A DNA stretch of 64,000 nucleotides, from positions 256,001 to 320,000 of the forward strand of contig JBFWWG010000001.1 in assembly GCA_050246315.1 (NCBI GenBank). Reading direction: 5' to 3'. Positions 14,115 to 25,018 of this stretch are shown piece after piece. The DNA is from Nitrospiraceae bacterium (lineage in GTDB: Bacteria > Nitrospirota > Nitrospiria > Nitrospirales > Nitrospiraceae). A program made the translations under genes and the position numbers. Below the pieces are notes generated by a model. The model had not been told where the DNA came from. It searched no databases and was given only the letters and a program-made list of their open reading frames with translations. The stretch's first letter is position 1; each line of letters starts with the position of its first letter.

Positions 14115-14249
14115 GGCAAGTCTCCTGCACTGTCGGAGGCGCATCCATCACCGATGAGAAAACCTGGAGGGTTGTCTGAGGGAAGCTACAGGGGCGTGGC
14201 GCCTCCGGACCAATGAGGGATCACGAATGGCGAAGCAGGCTGGACCGCC
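14115..14249. repeat. 135-bp dispersed intergenic repeat, copy 1
   Basis: Colinear with 16712-16846 (GGCAAGTCT..GGAGGGTTGTCTGAGGG..TCCGGACCAATGAG..GAATGGCGAAGCAGGCTGGACCGCC). Confidence 0.85.
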
Positions 14250-14342
14250 ACACGCTGCTCCATGTGTGATTGCAAGACCTGACTCTGCTTCATTATGATG
14301 CCGCTCGACAGGCTCGATCGTCACGTGTCAATAGGATGTAAG

Positions 14343-14978
14343 ATGGACCCAAGTTTTTGGCACCAACGGTGGGAGAACAATGAAATCGCTTTTCACGAAA
14401 GTAAGGCGAACCCACTACTGGTCGAGCACTTCCACGAGCTTGGTTTAGCCAAAGGCAGTCGGATTTTTGTCCCACTGTGCGGGAAGACGCTTGATATTTC
14501 TTGGCTGCGTTCCCATGGCTATCGGGTGGCGGGAGCTGAATTGAGTCAACGAGCCATTGAGCAGCTATTCTTGGGACTTGGCGAACAGCCAGCCATATCA
14601 GCGATCGGCCAAGTCGAGCAGTGGAGCGCACCGCATCTTGACGTATTCGTTGGCGACATCTTTGTGCTGTCCGGAGAGATGCTAGGTCCGGTGGATGCTG
14701 TCTATGATCGGGCAGCCTTGGTGGCCTTCCCCGCAGAAATGCGACATCGCTATACCGCGCACCTGATGGAGATGACGGGCAAGGCTCCTCAGTTGCTGAT
14801 TTGCTATGAGTACGACCAACGCGTGATGGACGGTCCTCCGTTTTCAGTGAACAATGAGGAAGTCGCGAGACATTATGCCGCGCATCATGATGTCACGCTC
14901 CTCGCGAGCACAGAGGTATCCGGTGGATTGAAGGGCAAATGTCCCGCCAAAGAAAATGTGTGGCTGCTAGATAGATGA
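14343..14978 (+). CDS. tpm: Thiopurine S-methyltransferase
   Basis: FWHQRW, IFVPLCGKTLD, YDRAALVA, GPPFSV. Confidence 0.92.
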   Translation: MDPSFWHQRWENNEIAFHESKANPLLVEHFHELGLAKGSRIFVPLCGKTLDISWLRSHGYRVAGAELSQRAIEQLFLGLGEQPAISAIGQVEQWSAPHLDVFVGDIFVLSGEMLGPVDAVYDRAALVAFPAEMRHRYTAHLMEMTGKAPQLLICYEYDQRVMDGPPFSVNNEEVARHYAAHHDVTLLASTEVSGGLKGKCPAKENVWLLDR

Positions 14979-15117
14979 GTCATACCTATGCATTTCCAGC
15001 GATCTCTCGTCACGCCTGACAAGTCCACGGGCCGAATACCATCCCTCACTCACATCCAGACTGAAGCCCTGCGCTCCGCCGCGCCGACACCGTTTCTTCC
15101 GAAGGACCTTCGTAGAG

Positions 15118-15741
15118 TCAGCGGATCGGCATGGGTGCGGTCTGGCCTGTGGTGCACATCAGACTCCCGGGAATATCCAGTTGGCCGGAGGGGCGGAATC
15201 CCCACGCGGTGGCGAGGGCCTGGCAGGTCAGGTTCCGTAATGTCTCGTCGCTGAGATCGACACAGTGCGGGTAATGGGCGCTGCCTTGGAGTGCGGTGTC
15301 ACCGCTGGCCACCGACAGGCCTCGAACGTTCACACTGACCGAGAAGAGCGGACCGCAGTGTGCTTCGATCAACGCCCCTTCCTTACTTTCTTCCCGTTCA
15401 ACGAAGAGCACGAACTCCGCGTTCATCTTCTCCGCGACAGCAAGAGCGGCCTTGCGATCTGAGGATATGGGCGACGTCTGAGGAGGCCGACGTGGAGGTA
15501 TCAGAAGACTCGTATAGTGATGGGACGAGAGCCATTCTGCGGCAACGGCGAGCAGGGGAGGATCTCCCCAGATCAGAATTCGCTGATGGGTGCTTGGCAG
15601 GCTGGTATGGGAACCGCTTGTGATGGGAAATCGCACGCCGGCGGGGGGAGGCTTAGCGAGGCATCCTTGTAAAAGGAGCACGACCGAGAGAAGACACAGC
15701 ACCTGTACAGCCAGACTCGCGTACTGCCGTATGGTGCGCAT
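15118..15741 (-). CDS. Hypothetical lipoprotein
   Basis: Signal peptide ending in LQGC lipobox; start codon uncertain. Confidence 0.65.
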   Translation of the reverse strand: MRTIRQYASLAVQVLCLLSVVLLLQGCLAKPPPAGVRFPITSGSHTSLPSTHQRILIWGDPPLLAVAAEWLSSHHYTSLLIPPRRPPQTSPISSDRKAALAVAEKMNAEFVLFVEREESKEGALIEAHCGPLFSVSVNVRGLSVASGDTALQGSAHYPHCVDLSDETLRNLTCQALATAWGFRPSGQLDIPGSLMCTTGQTAPMPIR

Positions 15742-15983
15742 CGCAAGGATGCTATTCCTCGCGCTTCCATCAAGAACCAGGGCTGCTGCACAGATCCGGA
15801 CGGACTTTGTGGAAGCCATTTGAACCTCGTTGCCGCCTTCCAAGGCCCGACCGCCACGCGCCACCCAATGGGGGATTGCAAGACCTGAGGTGACCCTGCC
15901 CGCCTGACCCGCGCGGTGGAGGAGGCAAAGAGGCCGAGCGTCACCGTTGGACCACGGTAATCCGAATGACGACGTGTCGGTTC

Positions 15984-16358
15984 TCAGGAGTCAGAAAGTG
16001 AAAACGAGCAGTGAAGTTTCCTTGCAGCCCGTTGGAGTGGGCCTTCCATCATCCAAAAGGTGACATCCGAAAGGAGTGTTGAGACCAGCAGGTGGACGTC
16101 AATCCAGCCCAGGCCCTGCCCGAACAATTTGTGGGACTCGAGAAACGCCAAGATTTCCTCAAATTCGAGAGCAGGGGCTTGGGGTAGGGTTGCCAGCGAT
16201 CCCAGCACTTCAGCGCGATGTTTGAGTTGTCCGCACGCCAACTCTCCAATAACAAGAGGGTGGCATACCGCAAGATCCTGTTCGAGCAAGCGATGAAGGC
16301 CCGGCAAGTCGGCCCGAAAATGCTGAATCCACACGGAGGTATCGATCAACGTGGGCAT
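15984..16358 (-). CDS. vapC: VapC PIN-domain toxin
   Basis: LIDTSVWI, VIGELACG, GWIDVHL. Confidence 0.85.
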   Translation of the reverse strand: MPTLIDTSVWIQHFRADLPGLHRLLEQDLAVCHPLVIGELACGQLKHRAEVLGSLATLPQAPALEFEEILAFLESHKLFGQGLGWIDVHLLVSTLLSDVTFWMMEGPLQRAARKLHCSFSLSDS

Positions 16359-16360
16359 CG

Positions 16361-16552
16361 TCAGGCGGATCGGCGCCGGCAGACGGCCTTCAAGTGCGGA
16401 TCGCTACCACCCAGCTTAGCAAGCCGTTTGGCGGCTTCGCGGGAGATCAGGGCTTCCAATCCCAGGCGCACAAGGTGAGTTTTTTCGTGCACCCCGGTGA
16501 GCTGTGCCGCCCGCTTCATGAGCTCGTCGTTGATATTCAGCGTGGTACGCAT
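16361..16552 (-). CDS. vapB: VapB antitoxin
   Basis: MRTTLNINDEL...EKT.LVR.GLEALI, immediately upstream of vapC. Confidence 0.85.
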   Translation of the reverse strand: MRTTLNINDELMKRAAQLTGVHEKTHLVRLGLEALISREAAKRLAKLGGSDPHLKAVCRRRSA

Positions 16553-16711
16553 ATGCATGAATCTGCACGACCACGGCATCTGAGTCAAGGTTCTCTAGGG
16601 AGCGTTTTCCGGTGTGTTATTCGACTGCGCCCAGACCATTCCCGCATTCACCATGACCACAAGGACGAGGACTAACCCACAGCGTTCGACCGGCGACGTC
16701 TCCATAGTCGT

Positions 16712-16846
16712 GGCAAGTCTACTGCAAAGTTGGAGGCGGATTCATCACTACTGAGAAGAGTTGGAGGGTTGTCTGAGGGGAGTCAAGGGAGCGTGGTCTC
16801 TCCGGACCAATGAGCTATCATGAATGGCGAAGCAGGCTGGACCGCC
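16712..16846. repeat. 135-bp dispersed intergenic repeat, copy 2
   Basis: Same length as and colinear with 14115-14249. Confidence 0.85.
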
Positions 16847-17085
16847 CCCTCTGCGGACCAAAGCGTAGCCTAACAGCGACTCTTCGACAAGCGGGAGATG
16901 CCGGCTTCGGTGCCCTGTCTATTTCGGCTGGCGGCGTTACTGTGGAAATGATTGGGAAATAGGATGGGTTCTGAAGAGGAGGGAATGCTTCTCGACTGGC
17001 GCTGCTACCTTGGCCGGGCCGTCAGCGAGCCACGGGCCGCGCCACTTGTTGTGGCGCGGCCCGAGCGCGGACAACTCTCAAGCCG

Positions 17086-18045
17086 TTACGATCCGGCTTT
17101 CCAGATATCCGTGACCGCTCCGCTTTCGTTCAGCTCGATCGTGACGCGGCTGCCTTCCTCGATCGGCTTGGCCTTGACCTCGATCCGTTCGAGCGGAAAC
17201 ACTTTCTCGCCTTCGGGCGTCCAGAGCTTGATCTCGTTCTTCATCTTACCGACGTAGATCAGCTTGCCCGTGACCAGCCGATGGGCCTTCTCATGCCCCT
17301 TCTGGTGATGGTCCACCACGATGTTCTCTTCATTCACCCAGAGCGTGATCTCGTCGCCGGGCTTGATGTCCTTGGGCAGGGTTTTGGCGTTAAGCCAGTA
17401 GTCTCCACCCGGCGCCTTGACGGCGACCGTCGGACCTTGAATCTTGTCGACCACGCCGTGCACGGTTATATGGTAGCCGGGCTTGGTCTTTGGATGTTCG
17501 TCAAAGGTCATCTCAACATGCATCTTATGGATGTCGATGACCTTTCCAGCTTCGTTCAGTTCGATGGTGACGGGCGACCCTTCGGCAATACCGGACAACT
17601 GTGACCGGCCGGTTTGGACGTCGAAGCTTTGCTCACCCTCCGGGGTCCAGAGCTTGATCTCCCTCCGATCGCTCGATGCATAGGCGAGTTTGCCCGTGAC
17701 AAAGCGGTGCTTATGCGCCGGATCGCCCTTGCGGTGCAGATCGATCACGGCGTTGTTCTCGTTCACGGTCATCACGACTTCTTCTCCCACCTCGAGATTC
17801 TTGGGAGCCGTATTGGAGGCCACTCGCATTTGACCCCAAGGAGTCTTGATCGTGATGAGGCCGGACTGAATAGCCGTCACCTCTCCGCTAACCTTCATGT
17901 GGGTGCCGGGACCATGGCTGTGTTTGCCGCCTTCGTCAGCCAGGACCGGCGATGCGGCCAGCAGCAGGCTCAGCATCATCGCCCCGGTGATCGACCCGAT
18001 CGGCGTTCTGCTTGGATTCTCTTCTCTTACCTTCACACGCATCAT
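17086..18045 (-). CDS. Secreted His-rich protein with internal repeats (OB-fold-like)
   Basis: Signal peptide ending VLA; duplicated unit HR.VTGKL.Y....EIKLWTPEGE..F......IEEG/AEGS.VTIELNE.G.V.DI. Confidence 0.7.
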   Translation of the reverse strand: MMRVKVREENPSRTPIGSITGAMMLSLLLAASPVLADEGGKHSHGPGTHMKVSGEVTAIQSGLITIKTPWGQMRVASNTAPKNLEVGEEVVMTVNENNAVIDLHRKGDPAHKHRFVTGKLAYASSDRREIKLWTPEGEQSFDVQTGRSQLSGIAEGSPVTIELNEAGKVIDIHKMHVEMTFDEHPKTKPGYHITVHGVVDKIQGPTVAVKAPGGDYWLNAKTLPKDIKPGDEITLWVNEENIVVDHHQKGHEKAHRLVTGKLIYVGKMKNEIKLWTPEGEKVFPLERIEVKAKPIEEGSRVTIELNESGAVTDIWKAGS

Positions 18046-18088
18046 CTCCTATCCTCCTTACTGTAAGTGCGAACGGTCGTCATGACCG

Positions 18089-18589
18089 TCAGCCGATGAG
18101 GTGATGGGCCTCGCGGAGCGGCCGTGAGGCATAGCCACGCTCGGGGCCGAACCATCGCGCGATGACTCGGTCGAGGGACCAGGCGCCTCCTCCGGTCAAT
18201 ACCAGCCCGGCGCTCATCCCGATCACCAGCAGGTGGTATTCAATCCCTTCACCCTGCTGCTGGCCGAACCAGTTCATGAAGAAACCCTGCGGCCAGTGGA
18301 CCGTGACAATTGCGCCCAGCATAATAACGATAAAGCTCGCCGAAGTGAAGCGCGTCAACAGGCCGGCCGCCAGCGCCAGACTGCCGAGCGACTCGCCGAT
18401 GATCACGAGAAACGCCACGATCCACGGCAAGCCCATCTGCTGAGTAAAGAACCCCAGCGTCCCTTCGAATCCATGGCCGCCGAACCAGCCGAGTAATTTC
18501 TGCGCGCCATGTGGAAACATGACGGCCGCCAACATGACCCGAAGCACTACCGGAGACCAGGACTCATCCGTCTTGAACAACGCCTGCAT
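18089..18589 (-). CDS. DoxX family membrane protein
   Basis: FPHGAQKLLGWFGG.G, GFFMNWFG..GEGIEYHLL. Confidence 0.9.
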   Translation of the reverse strand: MQALFKTDESWSPVVLRVMLAAVMFPHGAQKLLGWFGGHGFEGTLGFFTQQMGLPWIVAFLVIIGESLGSLALAAGLLTRFTSASFIVIMLGAIVTVHWPQGFFMNWFGQQQGEGIEYHLLVIGMSAGLVLTGGGAWSLDRVIARWFGPERGYASRPLREAHHLIG

Positions 18590-18654
18590 GTCACACCTCC
18601 TTGTTCGCTCAGTTCGCTTGTGACTGGAGTTCATGATCGACACTCGTGCTTATC

Positions 18655-18815
18655 AGCAATGGCCGTTCCACGCCCGATGCCGGCATGGATCAAGACTCCA
18701 ACTCATTGATCACACAGACACTTTCTCGCCATGTTCCTCGCCACTCTGTTTGAGAAAACGAGCGGTGCCGAGCGTCGGTCAGCCGTCCATTCGGCAAGTG
18801 CCGACATATCGGCAC
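18655..18815 (-). promoter_or_regulatory. Sigma-54 promoter with upstream palindromic enhancer-like sites
   Basis: TGGAACGGCCATTGCT (GG-N10-GC) at 18670-18655; palindrome GTGCCGAcataTCGGCAC at 18798-18815 plus two degenerate copies from 18766. Confidence 0.7.
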
Positions 18816-18828
18816 GCTGCATTTGACC

Positions 18829-21231
18829 CTAGCGGATTGCGGCTCGTTGCAGGCGCAGGCTGTTGGCCACGACGCTGACGGAGCTGAACGCCATCGCGGC
18901 GCTCGCGAGAATCGGGCTCAGCAAAATCCCGAAGGACGGGTAGAGGATGCCGGCCGCCACCGGTATGCCGACCACGTTGTAGGCGAAGGCCCAGAACAAG
19001 TTCTGTTTCATGGTCGTCATCGTCCGTCTGGACAATTCGATGGCTGCGACCGCGCTCCGCAGATCCGACCGCATCAACGTGACGTCACTTGCTTCGATCG
19101 CGATGTCCGTACCGGTGCCGACGGCCAGTCCGACATCCGCCTGTGCCAAGGCCGGCGCGTCGTTTATTCCATCGCCCACCATTGCCACGGTCTCTCCCGC
19201 CTCCTGCAAGCGCCTGATCTCGGCCAACTTGCCTTCGGGCGAGACGCGAGCGACGACACGTTCGATCCCGGCTTCCCGAGCGACGGCCTCCGCAGTGCTC
19301 CGGTGATCGCCTGTGAGCATCGTGATGTGAAGCCCCAGCCGCCTCATCTGTTCCACGGCCATCCTCGAACTCGCCTTGATCCGGTCGGCGACCGCCATGA
19401 GGCCGGCCAACCGCCCGTCGATCGCAAGAAACATCGGCGTCTTGCCTTCATTCGCTAGACGCTCGGCCTCCTTCCGCAGTTCGTCGATCGCAACACCGGA
19501 GGCCGCCATCAAGGCTTCGTTGCCGACCAGGACGCTCAGGCCGTCGATCCTGCCCTTCGCACCCTGACCGGTTACCGCCTGGAACTCTTCGGCTCGCGTC
19601 AATTCAAGCGACTGCTCCTGGGCGTACCGGACGATCGCCTCGGCCACGGGATGCTCCGATGATCGCTCCAGTGACGCGACTAGGCGAAGCACCTCACGAT
19701 CCGACCGGGACGCGGCCTTGCTGCTCACGTAATCGGTGAGAGCCGGTTGCCCTTCCGTGATCGTGCCGGTCTTGTCCAACACCACGGTCGTCACTCCGCC
19801 GATCCGCTGCAAGGCCTCGCCCCCTTTGATCAGGATTCCGAGTTCGGCGCCTTTCCCGGTCGCCACCATGACCGCGGTCGGCACGGCGAGTCCCATCGCG
19901 CAAGGGCAGGCGATGATCAACACGGCCACGGAAGCCGCGAAGGCCCTCACCCCCGGGGCCGCCTCCGCCGCGACGAACCAGACGACGAAGGTGGCGACAG
20001 CGAGCGACAGCACCACCGGCACAAAGATCGCGCTGACGCGATCGGCCAGCTTCTGAATCGGCGCGCGCGAACTCTGCGCGTCGCGCATGACGGTGACGAT
20101 CCGGGAGAGGACGCTCGCACCGCCGACCGTCGTCGCCTGATACTGAAAGGCGCCGGTCTTGTTGATCGTCCCGCCGATCACCGCATCGCCGGCATGCTTG
20201 TCGATCGGCAGCGATTCGCCGGTGAGCATCGATTCGTCCACGGTGCTCGTCCCGGCGACGATCGTTCCGTCCACCGGAATCCGTTCGCCGGGCCGCACGA
20301 CCACCAGATCTCCGGTTTCGACCGTCTCGACCGGCACGGCCTGTTCCACCCCGTCGCGCAGGACCAGCGCGGTCTTCGGTTGCAAGGCGACCAACCGTCG
20401 GAGTGCGGCGGAGGTTTGGCGTTTCGCCCGAGCCTCCATCATATTGCCGGTCAGAATCAGCGCGATGATGAGGATCACGGCCTCGTAGTACACATCCGGG
20501 GCCACGCCGCGTTCGATGAAGAAACCCGGCGCCAGCGTCGCGCTCGCGCTGTACAGAAAGGCCCCGCCGGTGCCGACGGCGATCAACGTATTCATGTCCG
20601 CCGAATGGTGGCGGAACGCCGTCCAGGCTCGGACATAAAATTGCCGTCCCGCCCACACCATGACTCCCAGCGTCATACCGAGCAGCGCGAAGGAGAGGAC
20701 TGGCGGTTCGATGCCGTAGAGCCAGGGTATCGCCGCCCCGAGTCCCGGCGTCAGACTCTCCATGACCCATCGCATGAACGGGTCCGCAACCGGACCATGC
20801 TGGTCTGCGCCGGCCATCAAGGGCATGGACAGCACCATCGCTACCACACCGGCCAGTCCGCTCCAGATCGCCTTCCGTTTGAGCGAAACGAACTCGTCCA
20901 CCTGCGCGGAATCCCGCGCCTGCTGCTCATCCACTACCGTCAGGTCGGGCCGCGGCAGGGACGCCTGGTATCCGGTTTCATTGATTGCGGCGACGAGATC
21001 ATCCGGCGACGCGGCGGCCGGATCGAACCGGACCGCCGCGCTCTTCATCATCAGGTTGACGGAGGCCTCGATCACCCCCGGTTGTCGTTCGAGCACACGC
21101 TGCACCCTCGCTTGGCAGGCGGCGCAGGTCATGCCATCGATCGAAATCGTGATCGTTTGATGGGCCGCCGTTCCACCTTCGGAGCCGGGTTCCCTGATCT
21201 CAATCGAATGGTCCTTCAGCGCCGTTTCCAT
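18829..21231 (-). CDS. copA: Cu(I)-translocating P1B-type ATPase
   Basis: GMTCAAC HMA domain, [40 protein letters not shown]. Confidence 0.96.
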   Translation of the reverse strand: METALKDHSIEIREPGSEGGTAAHQTITISIDGMTCAACQARVQRVLERQPGVIEASVNLMMKSAAVRFDPAAASPDDLVAAINETGYQASLPRPDLTVVDEQQARDSAQVDEFVSLKRKAIWSGLAGVVAMVLSMPLMAGADQHGPVADPFMRWVMESLTPGLGAAIPWLYGIEPPVLSFALLGMTLGVMVWAGRQFYVRAWTAFRHHSADMNTLIAVGTGGAFLYSASATLAPGFFIERGVAPDVYYEAVILIIALILTGNMMEARAKRQTSAALRRLVALQPKTALVLRDGVEQAVPVETVETGDLVVVRPGERIPVDGTIVAGTSTVDESMLTGESLPIDKHAGDAVIGGTINKTGAFQYQATTVGGASVLSRIVTVMRDAQSSRAPIQKLADRVSAIFVPVVLSLAVATFVVWFVAAEAAPGVRAFAASVAVLIIACPCAMGLAVPTAVMVATGKGAELGILIKGGEALQRIGGVTTVVLDKTGTITEGQPALTDYVSSKAASRSDREVLRLVASLERSSEHPVAEAIVRYAQEQSLELTRAEEFQAVTGQGAKGRIDGLSVLVGNEALMAASGVAIDELRKEAERLANEGKTPMFLAIDGRLAGLMAVADRIKASSRMAVEQMRRLGLHITMLTGDHRSTAEAVAREAGIERVVARVSPEGKLAEIRRLQEAGETVAMVGDGINDAPALAQADVGLAVGTGTDIAIEASDVTLMRSDLRSAVAAIELSRRTMTTMKQNLFWAFAYNVVGIPVAAGILYPSFGILLSPILASAAMAFSSVSVVANSLRLQRAAIR

Positions 21232-21347
21232 GAGGAGACCTCCTTGGTGAGATCGATCCTTCGGCCCTGGGCCAGGAAGAAGTACCAGTTGATCCAAGCG
21301 ATGGCGGCAACCCCGCCGATGACGACGAGCCATTCGATCGCGCTCAT
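21216..21347 (-). CDS. 43-aa membrane peptide, probably a truncated anchor of a cupredoxin-domain protein
   Basis: [24 protein letters not shown]; start overlaps the copZ stop. Confidence 0.55.
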   Translation of the reverse strand: MSAIEWLVVIGGVAAIAWINWYFFLAQGRRIDLTKEVSSWKRR

Positions 21348-21562
21348 GCGACCCTCCCTGCGGGACAGACTTCGTAGCCCGCTTCCTTTACGACTTCGAC
21401 GATGTCCTTCGGTTCGATCGCACTCGGATCGTAGGTCACCCGAGCCTGTCCGACCGTCACCTCGCATACGGACAGACCCTCTAGCCGGGCTAAGGCCCTC
21501 TGGACCTGCCCCACGCAATGGCCGCAACTCATCCCCTCGATCTGAAACGTGGTCTCGATCAT
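21344..21562 (-). CDS. copZ: Copper chaperone (HMA domain)
   Basis: GMSCGHC. Confidence 0.92.
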   Translation of the reverse strand: MIETTFQIEGMSCGHCVGQVQRALARLEGLSVCEVTVGQARVTYDPSAIEPKDIVEVVKEAGYEVCPAGRVA

Positions 21563-21829
21563 GACGTTCCTCCTTCTGTTGTTGGTCGGCTGCCTGTCTG
21601 ATGACAGGCACTGTCACCACTACAGACGGAAGAGGGTGCGGATTATTACAGTCGGGAGGGCCTCCCCCCTAGGGGTGCCCCTCCCTGGTTAGACGGGGAT
21701 GAGGGTTGGAGCCATGTGTAGATTCGATTCAGATTCGAGTCAGTCCCCGCCAAGCAGAGCCCGCGTCACAACATGTCCGATAACGAACATCGCCACGAGG
21801 ATCAGTCCGGCTGGATGCATGAGCAGAGT

Positions 21830-22105
21830 TAGCCCGCATCATGCATGGCGGTTCGTGACGAATTAGCGGAGTCGCGTCGCGAGACGGGAGCGTGGAGCCG
21901 CGAGGGAGGAAGGCGTACTTGAAACAGTATGTCGACCGACCGAGCGGCGAGCCCGCCCGCTATACCGCACTTCGTGCGAACCGGCGGCGCGTCGGGCAAC
22001 GCCCCTCTTCATTGTCGCCGCCGGAGAAACACCTTCGATTGTCAAAGCTTGTCGCAGCAGCGAATCCGCAATTGCAGTAGAACTGTTCATGAATAATGCG
22101 GGCTA
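21830..22105. mobile_element. Family-A MITE-like element
   Basis: TIR TAGCCCGCATCATGCATG ... CATGAATAATGCGGGCTA; right end overlaps the TAG stop of the protease gene. Confidence 0.75.
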
Positions 22106-23278
22106 GTAGTTGGCCCCTCTTTCCCATCTCCACCTGGGCCTAACCGGTGTGGCGGTATCAGTAAGCGGCAGGCCTGTGTGCAACTGCGACGTCACGGTGG
22201 GGATCGGACGTTCTCGCAACGTGATCGACGTGTGATGGAGTTTTCCGGCTCGCAGGAACTCGACCTCAACCTTGTCCCCGACCCGCAAGGCTTTGATCGC
22301 GTGGCTGAATTCTTCCGGCGACCGCACGAGTTTGTTCTCTATGGAAAGGACGATATCCCCGCCTAAGATCCAGGGCGTCCCCTCCACAACAATGTGCAGC
22401 CCACCACCCTGGAGCCCCGCCTCCGCCGCCGGGCTCCCCTCCTCCACCCGTTCGATGAGCCATCCCTTGCTCATGGGGAGAGAAAAGAGCGTCACCACCT
22501 GATCCGTCGGGAAGGTGCCGGTCACTCCCAACCAGGGACGTGAAACATGCCCGTTCGTCTTGAGTTCGTCGAGGACAGCTTTGGCCCGATTGATCGGGAT
22601 CGCGAATCCGATATTCTGGGCGCCTGCGATGATGGCCGTCGTGATGCCGATGACGTCGCCGTGCGAGTTCATCACCGGCCCTCCGCTGTTGCCGGGATTG
22701 ATCGGCGCCGTTGTCTGGATCATCCCGTCATTCGGTCCCGTTTTTTGTATCCCCGGGCCTCCCCATCCGCTGATGATGCCGTTTGTCAAGGTGAACCCCA
22801 GGCCGAAGGGACTGCCCACGACGAGCACCTTCTGGCCCACCTTGACTCCATCTGAATCGCCCAGGCGCACCGTAGCAAGTTGGCCCTTGACTGAGTCCAA
22901 CTTCACCACTGCCACGTCCGTTTGGGGATCAATCCCCACAAGCTCCGCGGCCACCTTCCGCCCGTCATAGAGCGTCGCGATTATGGTCGTGGCCCCGGCG
23001 ACCACATGGGCATTGGTCAACACCGTCCCCTCTCCATCCAGGATGAAGCCTGCACCGAACCCCACCCCGGAGGAACCTGTGACTCCATTCAACCCTGTCG
23101 ACGCCGTAAACAGGGACACGGTCGCAGGGGCGACCCGCTCATACAGTCGAACGGTTTGATCCTCTTCTGATAAGGCCGCCAGGATGGACGAGGGCTGGCT
23201 CGACATGATCAGGATCGTGCAGACGAGGACGCTTCGCACGGCACAGCGCCACCCGGCCGTATATGAGACTCGTGTCAT
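22103..23278 (-). CDS. HtrA/DegP-like serine protease with one PDZ domain
   Basis: LTNAHVV, DVAVV, INPGNSGGP, C-terminal PDZ. Confidence 0.92.
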   Translation of the reverse strand: MTRVSYTAGWRCAVRSVLVCTILIMSSQPSSILAALSEEDQTVRLYERVAPATVSLFTASTGLNGVTGSSGVGFGAGFILDGEGTVLTNAHVVAGATTIIATLYDGRKVAAELVGIDPQTDVAVVKLDSVKGQLATVRLGDSDGVKVGQKVLVVGSPFGLGFTLTNGIISGWGGPGIQKTGPNDGMIQTTAPINPGNSGGPVMNSHGDVIGITTAIIAGAQNIGFAIPINRAKAVLDELKTNGHVSRPWLGVTGTFPTDQVVTLFSLPMSKGWLIERVEEGSPAAEAGLQGGGLHIVVEGTPWILGGDIVLSIENKLVRSPEEFSHAIKALRVGDKVEVEFLRAGKLHHTSITLRERPIPTVTSQLHTGLPLTDTATPVRPRWRWERGANY

Positions 23279-23360
23279 TGGATTCTCCCCTCGCGCCGTC
23301 TCGCGAACAGGCCTCCGTCGGTCGGACGGCCGTCGAGAGACTTCCCTGGATTCGAACCGT

Positions 23361-23765
23361 TCATGCCATGCCGCCGACCGGCAGCGGCTCTCGTTGTCCC
23401 ACGGTCGCTGCGGAATAGACGAGGTCAAGAAACAGAAGACGGCTCAGCGGCTTGGTCAACCAGGCATAGGCGCCCAACTCCACCGCGCGCATGGACAGAT
23501 CCGTCTCAAGTCCCGAAACGATAATGACGGGCATGTGGTGGTCCTGCTCATGTACACGAGCCATCACCTCCAGGCCGTTGACACCCGGCATCTGAAAGTC
23601 GGTGACGACCACATCGAACGGTTCGGCCTTGATCCGCTTCAGTGCCTCTTCTCCGTCACAAGCCTCGCCGACGACATAGCCCTCGCCGGCAAGAAGAACT
23701 GCCATCAGTGCTCTGACATCTTCGTTGTCGTCTACGACCAAGATTCGCCTGCCTCGGTGATCCAT
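23361..23765 (-). CDS. Single-domain response regulator (CheY-like)
   Basis: ILVVDD, TDFQMPGVNG, LTKP. Confidence 0.88.
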   Translation of the reverse strand: MDHRGRRILVVDDNEDVRALMAVLLAGEGYVVGEACDGEEALKRIKAEPFDVVVTDFQMPGVNGLEVMARVHEQDHHMPVIIVSGLETDLSMRAVELGAYAWLTKPLSRLLFLDLVYSAATVGQREPLPVGGMA

Positions 23766-24099
23766 GCCGGCCTCCCATGAATGGGGCCTCGCTCAACAGT
23801 CAACACGAGGCCCTGTTGAAAAATAGTTGGACCGTTAACCTCCCATGCGGAGTTGGTCGCCCAACCTTCCGGTTCAAAGACACCTGCCCAATCTCCAGAA
23901 CGAGGTGCGTGCCTCAAGGCACATGCGGACTCACTGTCCTTGCCTGTCCATCAGGGCGTCACAACCTGGCCCGACCGTCTCGCCCATGTGAAGCCTTACG
24001 CTGGCTGCACCGTGCGCGGGTCACAGGGCTGGCCGGACTTCAGCACCCCGTAGGCCAATGAAAGGAGGCCCAATTCATAGAATCTCCTTGTTTACTCAT

Positions 24100-24969
24100 T
24101 TCGCTTGTGACTGGAGCTCATGATCCACACTCGTGCTTATCAGCAATGGCCGTTCCACGCGCGATGCCGACAGGGATCATGACTCCAACCCATTGATCAT
24201 CCGGACCATTTATCGCCATGCTTCTCGCCACTCTGTTTGAGATAAGGAGCAGTGCCGAACGTCGGCCAGCCGTTCATTCGGCAATCGCCGACATATCGGC
24301 ACACTGCGTTTGACCCTAGCGGATTGCGGCTCGTTGCAGGCGCAGGCTGTCGGCCACGACGCTGACGGAGCTGAACGCCATCGCGGCGCTCGCGAGAACC
24401 GGGCTCGGCAAAATCCCGAAGGACGGGTAGAGGATGCCGGCCGCCACCGGTATGCCGGCCAGGTTGTAGGCGAAGGCCCAGAACAAGTTCTGTTTCACGA
24501 TCGTCATCGTCCGCCTGGACAACTCGATCGCGTTGGCTGTGCTCCGAAGGTCCGAGCGCATCAGCGTGACATCGCTCGCCTCGATCGCGATATCGCTGCC
24601 GGTGCTGACGGCGATCAACGTATTCCTGTCCGCCGAATGGTGGCGGAGGCCGACCATTCCCGAAGGTGGAACTGCCGCCCGGCCCAGACCATCACACCGG
24701 CTGTCATGCCCAGCAGTGCGAATGAGAGGACTCGCGGTTCGATCGCGTAGAGCCAGGGCGCGGTAGCCCGTAGCCCCGGCGCCAGGCTCTCCATGACCCA
24801 TCGCATCAACGGAGGGGTGCCCCTCCCTGGTCAGACGGGGATAGGGGTTGGAGCCATGTGTAGATTCGATTCAGATTCGAGTCAGTCCCCGCCAAGCAGA
24901 GCCCGCGTCACAACATGTCCGATAACGAACATCGCCACGAGGATCAGTCCGGCTGGATGCATGAGCAGA
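24100..24969. repeat. Deleted duplicate of the 18613-21827 segment
   Basis: 24100-24612 matches 18613-19125; 24599-24811 matches 20567-20780; 24813-24969 matches 21671-21827; includes a second sigma-54 box at 24142-24157. Confidence 0.9.
24316..24811 (-). pseudogene. copA: Internally deleted copA remnant
   Basis: N-terminal TM segment (NTLIAV) fused to the C-terminus (DIAIEASD...RLQRAAIR); additional frameshift. Confidence 0.9.
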
Positions 24970-24983
24970 CTCAGGATGAACAT
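24882..24983 (-). CDS. 33-aa small membrane protein
   Basis: MFILSLLMHPAGLILVAMFVIGHVVTRALLGGD; RBS AAAGGAGGAG; downstream of promoter P1. Confidence 0.65.
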   Translation of the reverse strand: MFILSLLMHPAGLILVAMFVIGHVVTRALLGGD

Positions 24984-25018
24984 CTCTGTCTCCTCCTTTC
25001 GCTTGTCCTTGCATCTCA

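Noticed and set aside
21654..21685. C/G-tract pseudo-palindrome upstream of copZ as a CsoR operator
   Set aside because: Lacks the AT-rich flanks of known CsoR operators and no csoR is in the window
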